Source of the DNA: Planctomycetota bacterium
Lineage (GTDB): Bacteria; Planctomycetota; Phycisphaerae; WQYP01
Assembly: GCA_021818445.1 (NCBI GenBank)
Contig: JAKAEB010000001.1
Location: forward strand, 16,664-80,663
DNA length: 64,000 nucleotides
Direction: 5' to 3'
The notes under the pieces were generated by a model. The model worked only from the letters and a program-made list of their open reading frames with translations, was not told the origin of the DNA and made no database searches. The translations under genes and the position numbers were made by a program. Below are positions 29,697 through 39,705 of this stretch, in pieces (position 1 is the first letter of the stretch; each line of letters begins with the position of its first letter).

Positions 29697-30131
29697 ATGG
29701 GCATTGTTCGGATGGCTTTTATCCCCCTATTGATTTTGATCGTGGCTGTCGCGCCGATATTCTGCCCTTGCCATGATATGGTCATCGGCCTGATAAGGGC
29801 CCCTGGAGCTACCTCAATTTCTGCCTGCCAGTGTGCCCCTGGGCCTGGTGTGGCGTCGCGGTATCTGCCTAAGCAGAGGCCGACAGGCCTGTACGGAATA
29901 TCGTGCGGGCGCAATTCTGAGCCGATGTGCCTTGATCACCTGTTCAAAGGCGTGTTGCGCGACTCTGCCACCACCATCTGCAACCATTTCGGGCATTCAT
30001 TCGCCGCCTGCTTAACGGCCTTGAGGGGCGTGACAGGTGCGGCTGTATTTGCCACCAGTCCACAGCGGTACTTCACTGCCGATGCCGGCGCAAAAACACT
30101 GCTGCGCCAGCGTTGCGCCCTGATTATTTAA
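29697..30131 (+). CDS. Hypothetical Cys-rich small protein with N-terminal hydrophobic segment
   Basis: 144-aa ORF with 9 Cys, MGIVRMAFIPLLILIVAVAPIF... Weak RBS. No recognisable family. Confidence 0.25.
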   Translation: MGIVRMAFIPLLILIVAVAPIFCPCHDMVIGLIRAPGATSISACQCAPGPGVASRYLPKQRPTGLYGISCGRNSEPMCLDHLFKGVLRDSATTICNHFGHSFAACLTALRGVTGAAVFATSPQRYFTADAGAKTLLRQRCALII

Positions 30132-30227
30132 TAACCTGATCAAATCACCTCGCCCCGGTTGCCGGAATGCTGCGCCTTCTATGGTGCAGCGGCTTGAGCG
30201 TCTGTTATTTATCAGGAGTTGCTTCAT

Positions 30228-30560
30228 ATGTTGCGTCAATTATTTCCTTTTGCCCTGCTGGCTCTGTCTCTCGCCGGCTGTGCGCACGTGCCCACGATTG
30301 CGCCCGTGGCTATGGATAACCCGGCCAATCCCTCGGCCGCGGTCGGCCCGGCATTTCCAGGAACGGATTTTCTGAATGTGGCGGCCGCCGTACAGGAATC
30401 CAATCCAATTGCGGTTACAGCCGGTGCCAATTTACCTGGGGCACCACCATCGGTTCATGCGGGTAAAAAAACTTTACCAACTGCGACCGATGACATGCAC
30501 GGTATGAACATGCCGGGAATGAAAATGAATACGTCTAAAAATATGGGGGGCAAACAATGA
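30228..30560 (+). CDS. Met-rich periplasmic lipoprotein (copper-binding candidate)
   Basis: MLRQLFPFALLALSLAGC lipobox. C-terminal MHGMNMPGMKMN Met-rich motif. AGGAG RBS. Start overlaps the downstream OMF gene (ATGA). Confidence 0.55.
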   Translation: MLRQLFPFALLALSLAGCAHVPTIAPVAMDNPANPSAAVGPAFPGTDFLNVAAAVQESNPIAVTAGANLPGAPPSVHAGKKTLPTATDDMHGMNMPGMKMNTSKNMGGKQ

Positions 30561-31957
30561 ACAAACGAATTGCCGGCTACTGGCGTGCTGGATCGGTGGG
30601 CATACTGCTCGTCGCCCTTGCATGTGGCGGTTGTGCATCAGTACCGCAGCGGGGCGGGTTCGAATCGGTATCATTGGCAGCAAAACAGCGTCTTGGACAG
30701 CCGCTGATCTGGGCCCAGAACCAAAAGCAACAGCAAAAACTTGACGGTCTTGTGCACCGGATATTGCAACGCCAATTAACCCCCTCGGCAGCGGTTGAAG
30801 TCGCCTTGCTTAACAACCCTGAATTGCAGGCCCGATATGAACAACTGGGCATTTCACAGGCGGAGGTTGTGCAGGCCGGCCTGATCAGTAATCCGGTTCT
30901 GGCGTTTGATTTCCGCTTTCCCGCGGCACCCAATTACGGTTGGGACGCGAGCATCGCACAGGATTTTGCCAATATCCTTCTCCTGCCGGCCCGCAAAAAT
31001 GAAGCCCACGCCAACTTTAAGGCCACGCAAGCCATGATTGCCCAATCGGTTATCAAGCTGGCATACCGTACCCGGCAGGCATTTGATCGCGTCGTTGGCG
31101 ACCGGCAGATGATCCAGTTGGAAACGGATATTAAAAAAGGCCAGGATGCGGCCCTGGACCTCGCAAAAAAAATGCGGCAGGCCGGCAACACACCCCCCTT
31201 GGCCTACGACCGGCAATTGGTGATTGCCGAACAGGTACGCATGCAGTTATCGCTGGATAAGGCCAGCTATCTGCAAGACCGCGAGCATTTGTATCGGCTC
31301 ATGGGACTATGGGGATGGGACGCATCCGCCAAACTTCCCGTCCGATTGCCCGATCCGCTTCATGAAACGCACTTCGCCGGACTCACGGCCTTGGCATTGC
31401 GACGGAGCCTGACCCTGAAAATGGCACGAAACGGGCTTAAGGCTGCGGCCGTGGCAGTAAAGGTTTCCGGCTGGGCGGGCATATTGCCCGGTGCGACGAT
31501 TGGTGCCAACTATGTGCGCGACCCCGATGTGCGCGGCACACTTGGGCCGGCAATTTCCATACCCGTGCCGATCTTTAATCAGGGCCAGCCGGCGCAGGCC
31601 ATAGCGAGGGCACGGTATCTGGCGGCTTATCGGCATTATGAATCACTGGCCATCGGCATCCGCTCGCAGGTGCGTACCCGCTGGGTCGCTCTTAAGGCGG
31701 CGTTTCTACGCGTGCTCTTTTACCGCAAGGTCATGCTGCCGTTGCGACGGCGGATGCTGCATGAAACGCAGCTCTCCTACAACGGCATGCTGGACAGCGG
31801 GTTTTTGCTTATGCAGGCGAAGATTGATGAAATTAATGCCGCCCGGCGCTATGTGAAAGCATTGGAAATGTATTGGTTGGATCGGGCGCGTCTGTCCGCA
31901 ACGCTCGGCGGTCGATTGCCCACCGCCAGTACCCACGGAATGGCAAATAAAAAATGA
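30557..31957 (+). CDS. TolC-family outer membrane efflux protein (CusC-like OMF)
   Basis: 466 aa. Signal/lipobox LVALACGGCAS. Two OEP-repeat halves with conserved LLNNPELQA...YEQLGISQAE segments. Confidence 0.75.
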   Translation: MNKRIAGYWRAGSVGILLVALACGGCASVPQRGGFESVSLAAKQRLGQPLIWAQNQKQQQKLDGLVHRILQRQLTPSAAVEVALLNNPELQARYEQLGISQAEVVQAGLISNPVLAFDFRFPAAPNYGWDASIAQDFANILLLPARKNEAHANFKATQAMIAQSVIKLAYRTRQAFDRVVGDRQMIQLETDIKKGQDAALDLAKKMRQAGNTPPLAYDRQLVIAEQVRMQLSLDKASYLQDREHLYRLMGLWGWDASAKLPVRLPDPLHETHFAGLTALALRRSLTLKMARNGLKAAAVAVKVSGWAGILPGATIGANYVRDPDVRGTLGPAISIPVPIFNQGQPAQAIARARYLAAYRHYESLAIGIRSQVRTRWVALKAAFLRVLFYRKVMLPLRRRMLHETQLSYNGMLDSGFLLMQAKIDEINAARRYVKALEMYWLDRARLSATLGGRLPTASTHGMANKK

Positions 31958-31992
31958 TTCGATGTCAGAGTATATTTTCAGGAGTATGAAAT

Positions 31993-33405
31993 ATGAATGA
32001 TAAAATTAATCGGCGTACCATTTTAGCATCCAGCGCCGCTCTGGCGGCCGGGGCCGTTTTCAAGGCGACGGCGGCGCAGGGGGCATCCGTTCCGCCGGTG
32101 GCCCGTGAAGGGGCGTCGTACGGTAACCGGGATCGATCGGCGGCACATGCCAAGGCATTATGGGCCAAACCCTTGCCGCCCGGGCTTCCCAACCGCGATT
32201 ATCTTCCGGTGGTGGCACCCAATACCGGTACGCTGCCCTTCAAAATTGTTGATGGAGTAAAAGTATTCCATATGGTCGCCATGGAATTTTGGAATGAATT
32301 TGTCCCCGGACTTAAGGCACTCGTCTGGGGATATAACGGCATGCTCAACCCCGTGCTGGAGGCCGTCGAAGGCGAAAGAGTCCGTATCTATGTGACCAAT
32401 CGCCTGCCGGAAAAAACTACTGTCCATTGGCACGGCGTCTATGTGGATAACGGTATGGATGGTGTAGGCGGCCTGACGCAAAACCCCATCCCGCCGGGAG
32501 AGACATTCAAATATGAATTCAATCTCGTTGAGCCTGGCACCAAGATGTATCACCCGCACTACGACGAGATGACGCAGATTGCATTGGGCATGGCGGGACT
32601 GTTTATTATTCACCCGCGCAAACCGCGCTACCGGGTGGATCGCGATTTTGCCATCATGCTGCACGAATGGAGCATCGTGCCGGGCACCTATCGGCCCAAT
32701 CCACTGGAAATGTCAGACTTCAACGTCTTTACCATGAATGGTAAGTCGTTTCCGTCAACGCATCCTTTGGTCGCCCGCACCGGCCAGCGCGTGCGCATCC
32801 GCCTCGGTAACTTAGGCCCGATGGATCACCATCCCATTCATCTGCATAACTATTCCTTTCAGGTTGTCGGCAGTGACGGTGGCGATTATCCGCCTTCTGC
32901 CTGGCAGCCGGAAACTACGGTGCTGGTGCCGGTGGGGTCTACCCGTGTCGTGGAGTTTGATGCCACCAACCCCGGCGACTGGGCTATGCATTGCCATATG
33001 ACCCACCACACCATGACGCAGATGGGGCATCACTTCGGCAACATGATCGGCGTTAAGCCGGGAGAACTGGGCCACAAGATGCGCCAGTTGCTACCGCAAT
33101 ATATGACCATGGGTCAGGATGGGATGGGTTCTCCCATGGGCATGCCCACTATGGCCAATACCGCACCCATGGAAGGGGGCAAAGGTCCCTATGGATTTAT
33201 TAATATGGGCGGGATGTTCACCATACTTAAGGTACGCGACGGCATAACCAGTTACGACGATGTCGGCTGGTATGCATCGGAGGTCCCCAAGGGGACCGTC
33301 GCCGAGCCGGCCCAAGTACGTGATCTGCATCGCGATGGGATCAATCCGGAAAACATACCGGCACCGATTCCCGGTCCGTCATCACCGGCGGCGCCGCCCA
33401 TGTAA
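31993..33405 (+). CDS. Multicopper oxidase (CopA/CueO-type), Tat-secreted
   Basis: Tat motif INRRTILASSAALAAGA. Cu sites HWHG, HPIHLHN and HCHMTHH. Met-rich insert MTMGQDGMGSPMGMPTMANTAPM. Confidence 0.85.
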   Translation: MNDKINRRTILASSAALAAGAVFKATAAQGASVPPVAREGASYGNRDRSAAHAKALWAKPLPPGLPNRDYLPVVAPNTGTLPFKIVDGVKVFHMVAMEFWNEFVPGLKALVWGYNGMLNPVLEAVEGERVRIYVTNRLPEKTTVHWHGVYVDNGMDGVGGLTQNPIPPGETFKYEFNLVEPGTKMYHPHYDEMTQIALGMAGLFIIHPRKPRYRVDRDFAIMLHEWSIVPGTYRPNPLEMSDFNVFTMNGKSFPSTHPLVARTGQRVRIRLGNLGPMDHHPIHLHNYSFQVVGSDGGDYPPSAWQPETTVLVPVGSTRVVEFDATNPGDWAMHCHMTHHTMTQMGHHFGNMIGVKPGELGHKMRQLLPQYMTMGQDGMGSPMGMPTMANTAPMEGGKGPYGFINMGGMFTILKVRDGITSYDDVGWYASEVPKGTVAEPAQVRDLHRDGINPENIPAPIPGPSSPAAPPM

Positions 33406-33450
33406 TGGTCTTGCACATTACTTATTCAACTTTTTTTACAGGAGACGAAC

Positions 33451-34104
33451 ATGAAAGCGACTAATTTCATAATGATTGGTACAGCGATTGCAGCAATCGG
33501 CGGGGCGATATGGGCTTTTACTTCAAACCTTCCAGTATGTTTGGCCGGCGGTATGGGCGACATGAAGATGGGCCCCATGCCCAGACACATGGCCATGGGG
33601 GGTGTGCTGATCGGGTACAGGCAGGCGCAAAAAATTGTCAACGCGGCCGATCGCGAAGGCAAAGTGAGTGGAAGCAAAAAGCACCCAGTAGTGGTATTTC
33701 ATGGCAAACAAATACATATCCGCATGATCGCTGTGGAACCGGGTGCTCCGGACCAGACCTTTGAAATTCATAAACTGGTGGACCCGGCAATTTCGGTGAA
33801 AGGGGGTGCCAAAATTGATCTTACCCTGCTGAATATGGATTACGGCCCCGGCATGATGCATGGTGTGGTAATCGGCAAGATCAAACCACCATTCCACATG
33901 GTTATCAGCCTGCCCGTCAAACATCAGTTGGTGAGTTTACCGATGATCATGCCCCGATCGCGAAAGTCCTTACGCAAATCGTTGTACTACGCCGAGTCAA
34001 CCCATTTTAAGGCACCTGAAAAGCCCGGTATATATTATTATTTATGCCAGATGCCCATGCACGCCAAGCAGGGCATGTATGGCAAGTTTATCGTGCGAAG
34101 ATAA
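33451..34104 (+). CDS. Cupredoxin-like (type-1 copper) protein
   Basis: Signal peptide. C-terminal YYYLCQMPMHAKQGMYGKFIV fits the Cys-x-x-x-His-x-x-x-x-Met type-1 Cu ligand loop. Upstream Met/His-rich region. Confidence 0.6.
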   Translation: MKATNFIMIGTAIAAIGGAIWAFTSNLPVCLAGGMGDMKMGPMPRHMAMGGVLIGYRQAQKIVNAADREGKVSGSKKHPVVVFHGKQIHIRMIAVEPGAPDQTFEIHKLVDPAISVKGGAKIDLTLLNMDYGPGMMHGVVIGKIKPPFHMVISLPVKHQLVSLPMIMPRSRKSLRKSLYYAESTHFKAPEKPGIYYYLCQMPMHAKQGMYGKFIVRR

Positions 34105-34417
34105 TGCTCTGCTGCGCGGGCATAGCGCGTCTACCACTTTCAACGCTGGGAACTTGGCAAAATACCGAGGCATTCAGTCCCGCGCGGGTGGCGTCCCGGC
34201 ATATCTTGGTGTGCCGACGAACTGTGCATTAGTGTTCAGGTGAACACGGCGAAGCTGCGCACGTACCGGCCTGCACGGAACAGTTAAACGCGGGGTTTCC
34301 CCGCCATCATGGCTGTACCCCACAACGGCGCGGCACCACCGACATTGAAAATGAGTATGGTTGAGAAAATCCCGCCCACATGGTAACGCACGCTTATCGT
34401 GCGAATCACCGCTGTCC

Positions 34418-35224
34418 TTAAATACCCGCAAGTTCATTTACCAGCATCTCAATGGGGGTTTGCACGCAGGTAAAAATGGGTGTGTCACGCAGCGTGAAGC
34501 GGCTGCCTTCGGTTTCGCGCAGTTCCTGCACCAAGTCGAGAAAGTCGCCTGGCTGGTCGGTTTCAAATGCGACTACAAATTCCTGATCATCAATGCCAAA
34601 ACTGTACGTTGTATTGAGTTTTACCGAGGGGTATTTATTTCCCACCATGATGTGCTCATCCATCACACCTTGCCGCGTCTGCTTGCTGAGCAAATACCAA
34701 TCGCGGGTTTTAACAAACGGGTAAACGAAATTATATTTACGTTTGCCGGGGACAATGCTGGTGCGGGTGTCGTCATGGGCAGGATCAATCTTATCCACAT
34801 ACGTGCTGCGCTTGCTTTGTGCAAGGTAGCTGTAGGGGGTTGTCAGGTATCCACCGATGGGTAGCCGATTAATGGCAGCGGAAAAATGCTGCAGTTGGTC
34901 AAGATCATAGCTGATCTTCCAGAACATAATATCCACATCCGGTCTTGTGCCGACGCAACTGTACACCACCAACAGCATTTTGGTTGGATCATTGGCCTTG
35001 ACCAAGTTAACCAGATCATGCAGTTGTTGGGCTTGGATGTCTTTGGCAAGACGGCGAAATTCCGGCATGATTTTGTAAAAACTGAACGAAATATATTGGC
35101 GGGCTTTAGCAGTTGGGTGCGCAGTTGTCGGCTCCGGTGCGGCTGCAGCCGCCGAACCACGCGCTGCCGGTGGGCTGATGGGTCGTTCATGACTCTCTGC
35201 GGCCTTTGGTATGACGTTTGACAT
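34418..35224 (-). CDS. Chlorite dismutase-like / coproheme decarboxylase (HemQ) family protein
   Basis: YSFGIDDQEFVVAFETD and MKANDP... family motifs. Start chosen at MSNVIPK so as not to overlap cca; the track ORF extends to 35392. Confidence 0.65.
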   Translation of the reverse strand: MSNVIPKAAESHERPISPPAARGSAAAAAPEPTTAHPTAKARQYISFSFYKIMPEFRRLAKDIQAQQLHDLVNLVKANDPTKMLLVVYSCVGTRPDVDIMFWKISYDLDQLQHFSAAINRLPIGGYLTTPYSYLAQSKRSTYVDKIDPAHDDTRTSIVPGKRKYNFVYPFVKTRDWYLLSKQTRQGVMDEHIMVGNKYPSVKLNTTYSFGIDDQEFVVAFETDQPGDFLDLVQELRETEGSRFTLRDTPIFTCVQTPIEMLVNELAGI

Positions 35225-35366
35225 CGCGGATAATCTCCTTCGCTCAGTAAACAATAACCTATTCCATCTATCATATGGGCAAGGTCGCATTCTTTCCCGC
35301 ATCGGCGCGGCATATTCGTTTGAAGTCGCATTGGCATTTCGCAGATGCCTCCCGGCACTGATCGCA

Positions 35367-36623
35367 TCAAGGCTGATGCGGGCTCGATTCAACCAGCGCG
35401 CGGGCGTGCGTCAAGGCCTCCTTTTTATCCGCAAATTCGTTGGCAAGTTGCATGTCATAGAGAATATTCAGCCATTGCTTAAAGCCCGGTCCGGGCGTGG
35501 CACCGAGGGAAATCAAATCTTCTCCGGTAACGAAAGGTTCCGGTCGGACGCCCTCGGCCTGCAAATCGGCCAGATGCGCTTGCAGATACGCATCATCATG
35601 GACACAAAAAAAGAGCTCCTTCAAAAGCGGGAATCTTGCATTCGACATCATGCGCTTAAGTTCGCTACGCGAAAGCTCACACCACCGTTGCAGGTCTTCC
35701 ATATGGCGATTGATCCACGCCGCCGCACCAATTTCGTCGTTGCTGAGCATCAGATGGCTCTGCAGCCTCGGCCAGAATTCGCGGGTCAACCCGCCATCTC
35801 TTGATAAATCGTGGACCAGCGCCGCAAGTGCAATTTCAAACGCTGCGATCGGTGGCAGATTTGCCAGCCAGCCTTCACGCAAGGCACTGGGTACATCCGG
35901 GGTATCGGGATGACTGGCGATACTCAATTCATCTGGCCAGATGTCAGACAGCAGCCCACTTTTTGCCAGCAGGGCCATACCGCGCACGCGATGGGCTGTT
36001 GCCAGGATACCTTTAAGTTCCAGACCAATGCGTTCCCGGCTGATGAGTTTTATTTTTTCATGCTGGTTTCGGATGGCGGCAAATGTGGCTGACTCAATGT
36101 CGAAACCGAATCGGGCTGCAAACCGAATCGCCCGCATCATTCGCAGGTGATCTTCGCCAAAGCGGGCATGTGGATCGCCAATGGCTCGAATCAATTTTTG
36201 GCTCACATCTTTCTGTCCGCCGACGTAGTCCACCAACTCGCCGTTTATCGGATTAAAAAACATGCCATTGATGGTAAAATCGCGCCGTTGGGCATCATCC
36301 TTTGCGGTGGCAAACTGAATGCTGTCCGGTCGCCGACCGTCGCTGTACACACCGTCGGTTCGAAACGTGGCAACCTCGATGGTGTGGCCGTGGACATGGG
36401 CGATCACTACGCCAAACGCCGCTCCGACGGATTGACTTCGGGGGAACAGTGCCCTTATTTCATGCGGCTTGGCATTGGTGGCGACATCATAGTCCTTCGG
36501 CTCGACACGCAGGAGTTGGTCGCGTACGCAGCCACCGGCCCAGTAGGCTTCAAAGTTTTTAGATTGCAGACGCGCCGTAACCTCCCATGCCGCTTGACGA
36601 TTAGTTGTGGGAGGGTTTGTCAT
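35367..36623 (-). CDS. cca: CCA tRNA nucleotidyltransferase / poly(A) polymerase family protein with HD domain
   Basis: GGCVRDQLL...DYDVAT nucleotidyltransferase head and RTDGVYSDGRRPD. C-terminal HD domain. Confidence 0.7.
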   Translation of the reverse strand: MTNPPTTNRQAAWEVTARLQSKNFEAYWAGGCVRDQLLRVEPKDYDVATNAKPHEIRALFPRSQSVGAAFGVVIAHVHGHTIEVATFRTDGVYSDGRRPDSIQFATAKDDAQRRDFTINGMFFNPINGELVDYVGGQKDVSQKLIRAIGDPHARFGEDHLRMMRAIRFAARFGFDIESATFAAIRNQHEKIKLISRERIGLELKGILATAHRVRGMALLAKSGLLSDIWPDELSIASHPDTPDVPSALREGWLANLPPIAAFEIALAALVHDLSRDGGLTREFWPRLQSHLMLSNDEIGAAAWINRHMEDLQRWCELSRSELKRMMSNARFPLLKELFFCVHDDAYLQAHLADLQAEGVRPEPFVTGEDLISLGATPGPGFKQWLNILYDMQLANEFADKKEALTHARALVESSPHQP

Positions 36624-36784
36624 CGTCCCCGCATTTTAATCGAAGTTGAAAGGATTCGGTGGTAGATGAAGCATCGGCTCTGCATTAACATGCAGGGAGG
36701 CGCGGCGGGGAAGTTAGTTAACCGCCGTGGCATTAACCGTGCCGTGTACGGTTAAGAAATGTTTTTTTCAATCTGGAGGCATGC

Positions 36785-38164
36785 GTGTTCAGTATGTTGT
36801 TTAAAGCCTATGACGTGCGCAGTACTTATCCCGATCCGCTCAACGAAGAAGCAGCTTGGAAGATCGGCTACGCCACGGCGGTTTTTTTAGCTAAAAACAT
36901 ACCGGCGGAGCACGCTGGCGACCCTGAATATAAGCGCCTGGTGGTGGGACGGGATATGCGACCGAGCAGCCCGGCGCTGGCGTCGGCCCTCATCGATGGC
37001 ATTCGGGCCGCAGGAGTTACGGTCGTCGATATCGGAATGATTGACACCTCGATGATTTACTATGCGATCAACGCTGTAAAATGCTGCGGCGGGATTCAAA
37101 CCACGGCATCGCATAACCCGGCCCAGTACAACGGCTTTAAAATTAGCGGTATGAAGGCTAAACCGGTCGGTGAGGCCACTGGGCTGAAGGAAATTCAGGC
37201 GATTTGCGAACAAATGACCGGCCGCCCAGCCCCCCAGGCTAAAGGTGATTTAATTCAGATGGATCTCATGGATGGATACCGCAGGCACGTGTTGAAATTC
37301 CTGCATCTCAAACGTCCGCTGCACGTGGCTATTGATGGCAGTAACGGTATGGCCGGTAAGTTTGTGCCCGAGATATTTGCAAACTATCCCAATTTGAAGC
37401 TATCGTCGGTCAATATGGAGATAACCGGCTCGTTTGTGCATGAACCCAATCCTCTGGTTGACGCCAATTTGCGACAGTTACAGGAGTTGGTGCTTTCAAC
37501 GGGCGCCGACTTGGGAGTTTGCTTTGATGGAGACGCCGACCGATGCATCTTCGTCGATGAGCAGGCCCGTATCCTGCGTTGTGATATTGTCACGGCGCTC
37601 TTGGCGTCTCACTTTTTGCGCGATAATGCCGGAGCAGCGGTGGTTTACGATTTGCGATCCAGCCGGGTCGTCAAGGAGGAAATCGAAAACGCCGGTGGCA
37701 CGGCCGTGCGCGAGAGAGTTGGCCATGCCTTTATGAAAAAGACGCTGGCCGAACGACATGGTGTTTTCGGTGGTGAATTATCAGGGCACTTCTATTTCCG
37801 TGATAATTTCAATTGCGATAGCGGGGCCATAGCCTTCGCGTGTGTGCTTTCGGTGCTCAGCGGTCGTGATGAACCTGCCAGCCAGATATTCAAGCCGCTG
37901 ATGCGCTGGCATGGCAGCGGGGAGATTAATTTTGAAGTTGCCGATAAAGATGCCGCCATCAAACGCCTTGCCGATCGCTATGCCGATGCGCAGATCGACT
38001 ATCTGGACGGCATTACCGTGCAATATGACACATGGTGGTTCAATGTGAGAAAAAGCAATACCGAGCCTCTGCTTCGGCTTAATTTAGAGGCCGGCACACA
38101 GGACCTGCTGAAGAAAAAGCTGGACGAATTAAGTAAACAAATTGGATCACCCGTTTCGCACTGA
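36785..38164 (+). CDS. Phosphomannomutase/phosphoglucomutase
   Basis: Catalytic TASHNPAQYNGFK phosphoserine loop and GDADRCIFVDE metal loop. Confidence 0.8.
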   Translation: MFSMLFKAYDVRSTYPDPLNEEAAWKIGYATAVFLAKNIPAEHAGDPEYKRLVVGRDMRPSSPALASALIDGIRAAGVTVVDIGMIDTSMIYYAINAVKCCGGIQTTASHNPAQYNGFKISGMKAKPVGEATGLKEIQAICEQMTGRPAPQAKGDLIQMDLMDGYRRHVLKFLHLKRPLHVAIDGSNGMAGKFVPEIFANYPNLKLSSVNMEITGSFVHEPNPLVDANLRQLQELVLSTGADLGVCFDGDADRCIFVDEQARILRCDIVTALLASHFLRDNAGAAVVYDLRSSRVVKEEIENAGGTAVRERVGHAFMKKTLAERHGVFGGELSGHFYFRDNFNCDSGAIAFACVLSVLSGRDEPASQIFKPLMRWHGSGEINFEVADKDAAIKRLADRYADAQIDYLDGITVQYDTWWFNVRKSNTEPLLRLNLEAGTQDLLKKKLDELSKQIGSPVSH

Positions 38165-38239
38165 AGTGTGTCGGGCGACGTATGGATGTTGGGCCCGAAG
38201 GCGTTTCGGTGCCGATGTGGTAGTTTTTAAGGTGCATGG

Positions 38240-39664
38240 ATGTACCAGCGATTTATTGTCTGCGTTTTTGGAATCATGTTTCTGGTCGGTGGTTTTTCCA
38301 CCTCGTTGGCAAGGGCGGAGAGTCTGTCACGCCAGATAGCTGTATTGCTGCACTCATCCCAACTGCGTGGGGCGCAAGTCGGTATATGCCTGGCGGAAAT
38401 GGGGCCGGCGGGGATAGAGCCAATTTATGAGCACAACGCGGACCTGCCTCTTATGCCCGGCAGCAATGGAAAACTGCTGACCACCAGCACCGCGTTTGCA
38501 AAGCTCGGTGCCAAGGCGGTCATTAAAACACGGCTTTACCGGGTGGGAAACAATCTGGTTATTGTCGGTGGTGGGGACCCCGCTTTGGGCGATCCAGTAC
38601 TCTGTCAGCGCGTGGGATGGAAAGTCACGCAGGTGTTTCATGACTGGGCCACCCAACTGAAAAAGCTGGGCATAAGCCGCGTACACAACATTTACATTGA
38701 TGATTCCATCTTTAATCATCATTTTTTTAATCAGCAATGGCCCACGCCTTCTTCCCAGCGTCTCGACTGGTATGAAGCGGAAGTGGGGGGGCTTAATTTC
38801 GCGATGAACTGTGTGCAGTGGGCACCACGGATCAATCCCGATGGCAGCCTCGGCGTGAATTTAGTCCCCGCCACCTCGTACACCCCCGTCACCATTCAGG
38901 CCCGGCGCGGCCCCAACGAAAGTGTCTGGCTCTGGCGGCCTCCGGGCAGTAATCAGCTCTCACTGCGCGGAATGGTCAACGCCGCGACCAACTACTACAT
39001 GCAGGTGACCATTCATGACCCCGGCCTTTACACCGGTACGGTATTCAGGCATGTCCTGCGCGAATCCGGCATCGCCGTTACCGGATCGGTCATTCGCAGG
39101 ACACTTGCCAACGTCGGCGGTGCACCGCATTTGGTGGCCGTCTATCAGACACCCTTGGTTGATATTCTGCATCGCGCCAACACGGACAGCATCAATCTCA
39201 TGGCGGAGTGTCTGTGCAAGTTGCTTGGGCATTTGGCCACCGGAGCGCCCGGTAGCTGGGCCAATGGGGATGCAGCGATCATGGCCTATCTCAAATCAAT
39301 CGGAATCAATGTCAATTTGGTTCACATGGTAGACGGGTCCGGGCTTTCTCATCACGACCATATCGCCCCGGCCGTTCTGGTGGACGTGCTGGCACACGAC
39401 CTTACGTTGCCGCACGCCAAGGTGTTTGTCGATTCGCTTTGTCGTCCGGGCCATGGCACGCTGATTTACCGATTTCGCGGTTCTCCGGCCGCTGCCCACA
39501 TCCGGGCCAAGGATGGACACATTACTGGAGCTTCCACGCTGAGCGGCTATCTGTGGGATCATCATCGCACTTTTATTTTTTCGGTAATGGTGAACCACTA
39601 CATCGGAAATGTAAATGGCTGGGAGGACCAGGTGATAGACGATTTATACAGCGATTATCGTTAG
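38240..39664 (+). CDS. D-alanyl-D-alanine carboxypeptidase/endopeptidase (PBP4/S13 family)
   Basis: Signal peptide. PGSNGKLLTT (SxxK). Overall PBP4-like length and VDGSGLS motif. Confidence 0.6.
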   Translation: MYQRFIVCVFGIMFLVGGFSTSLARAESLSRQIAVLLHSSQLRGAQVGICLAEMGPAGIEPIYEHNADLPLMPGSNGKLLTTSTAFAKLGAKAVIKTRLYRVGNNLVIVGGGDPALGDPVLCQRVGWKVTQVFHDWATQLKKLGISRVHNIYIDDSIFNHHFFNQQWPTPSSQRLDWYEAEVGGLNFAMNCVQWAPRINPDGSLGVNLVPATSYTPVTIQARRGPNESVWLWRPPGSNQLSLRGMVNAATNYYMQVTIHDPGLYTGTVFRHVLRESGIAVTGSVIRRTLANVGGAPHLVAVYQTPLVDILHRANTDSINLMAECLCKLLGHLATGAPGSWANGDAAIMAYLKSIGINVNLVHMVDGSGLSHHDHIAPAVLVDVLAHDLTLPHAKVFVDSLCRPGHGTLIYRFRGSPAAAHIRAKDGHITGASTLSGYLWDHHRTFIFSVMVNHYIGNVNGWEDQVIDDLYSDYR

Positions 39665-39705
39665 TCTGTTTGTAAATGCAGGAACCCGCTGGTTGATTCT
39701 CTCGC

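Noticed and set aside
30650-30670. tRNA T-loop-like string GGTTCGAATCGG
   Set aside because: Lies inside the TolC-like CDS. No acceptor or anticodon stems can be drawn. No tRNA genes found by eye anywhere in the window.
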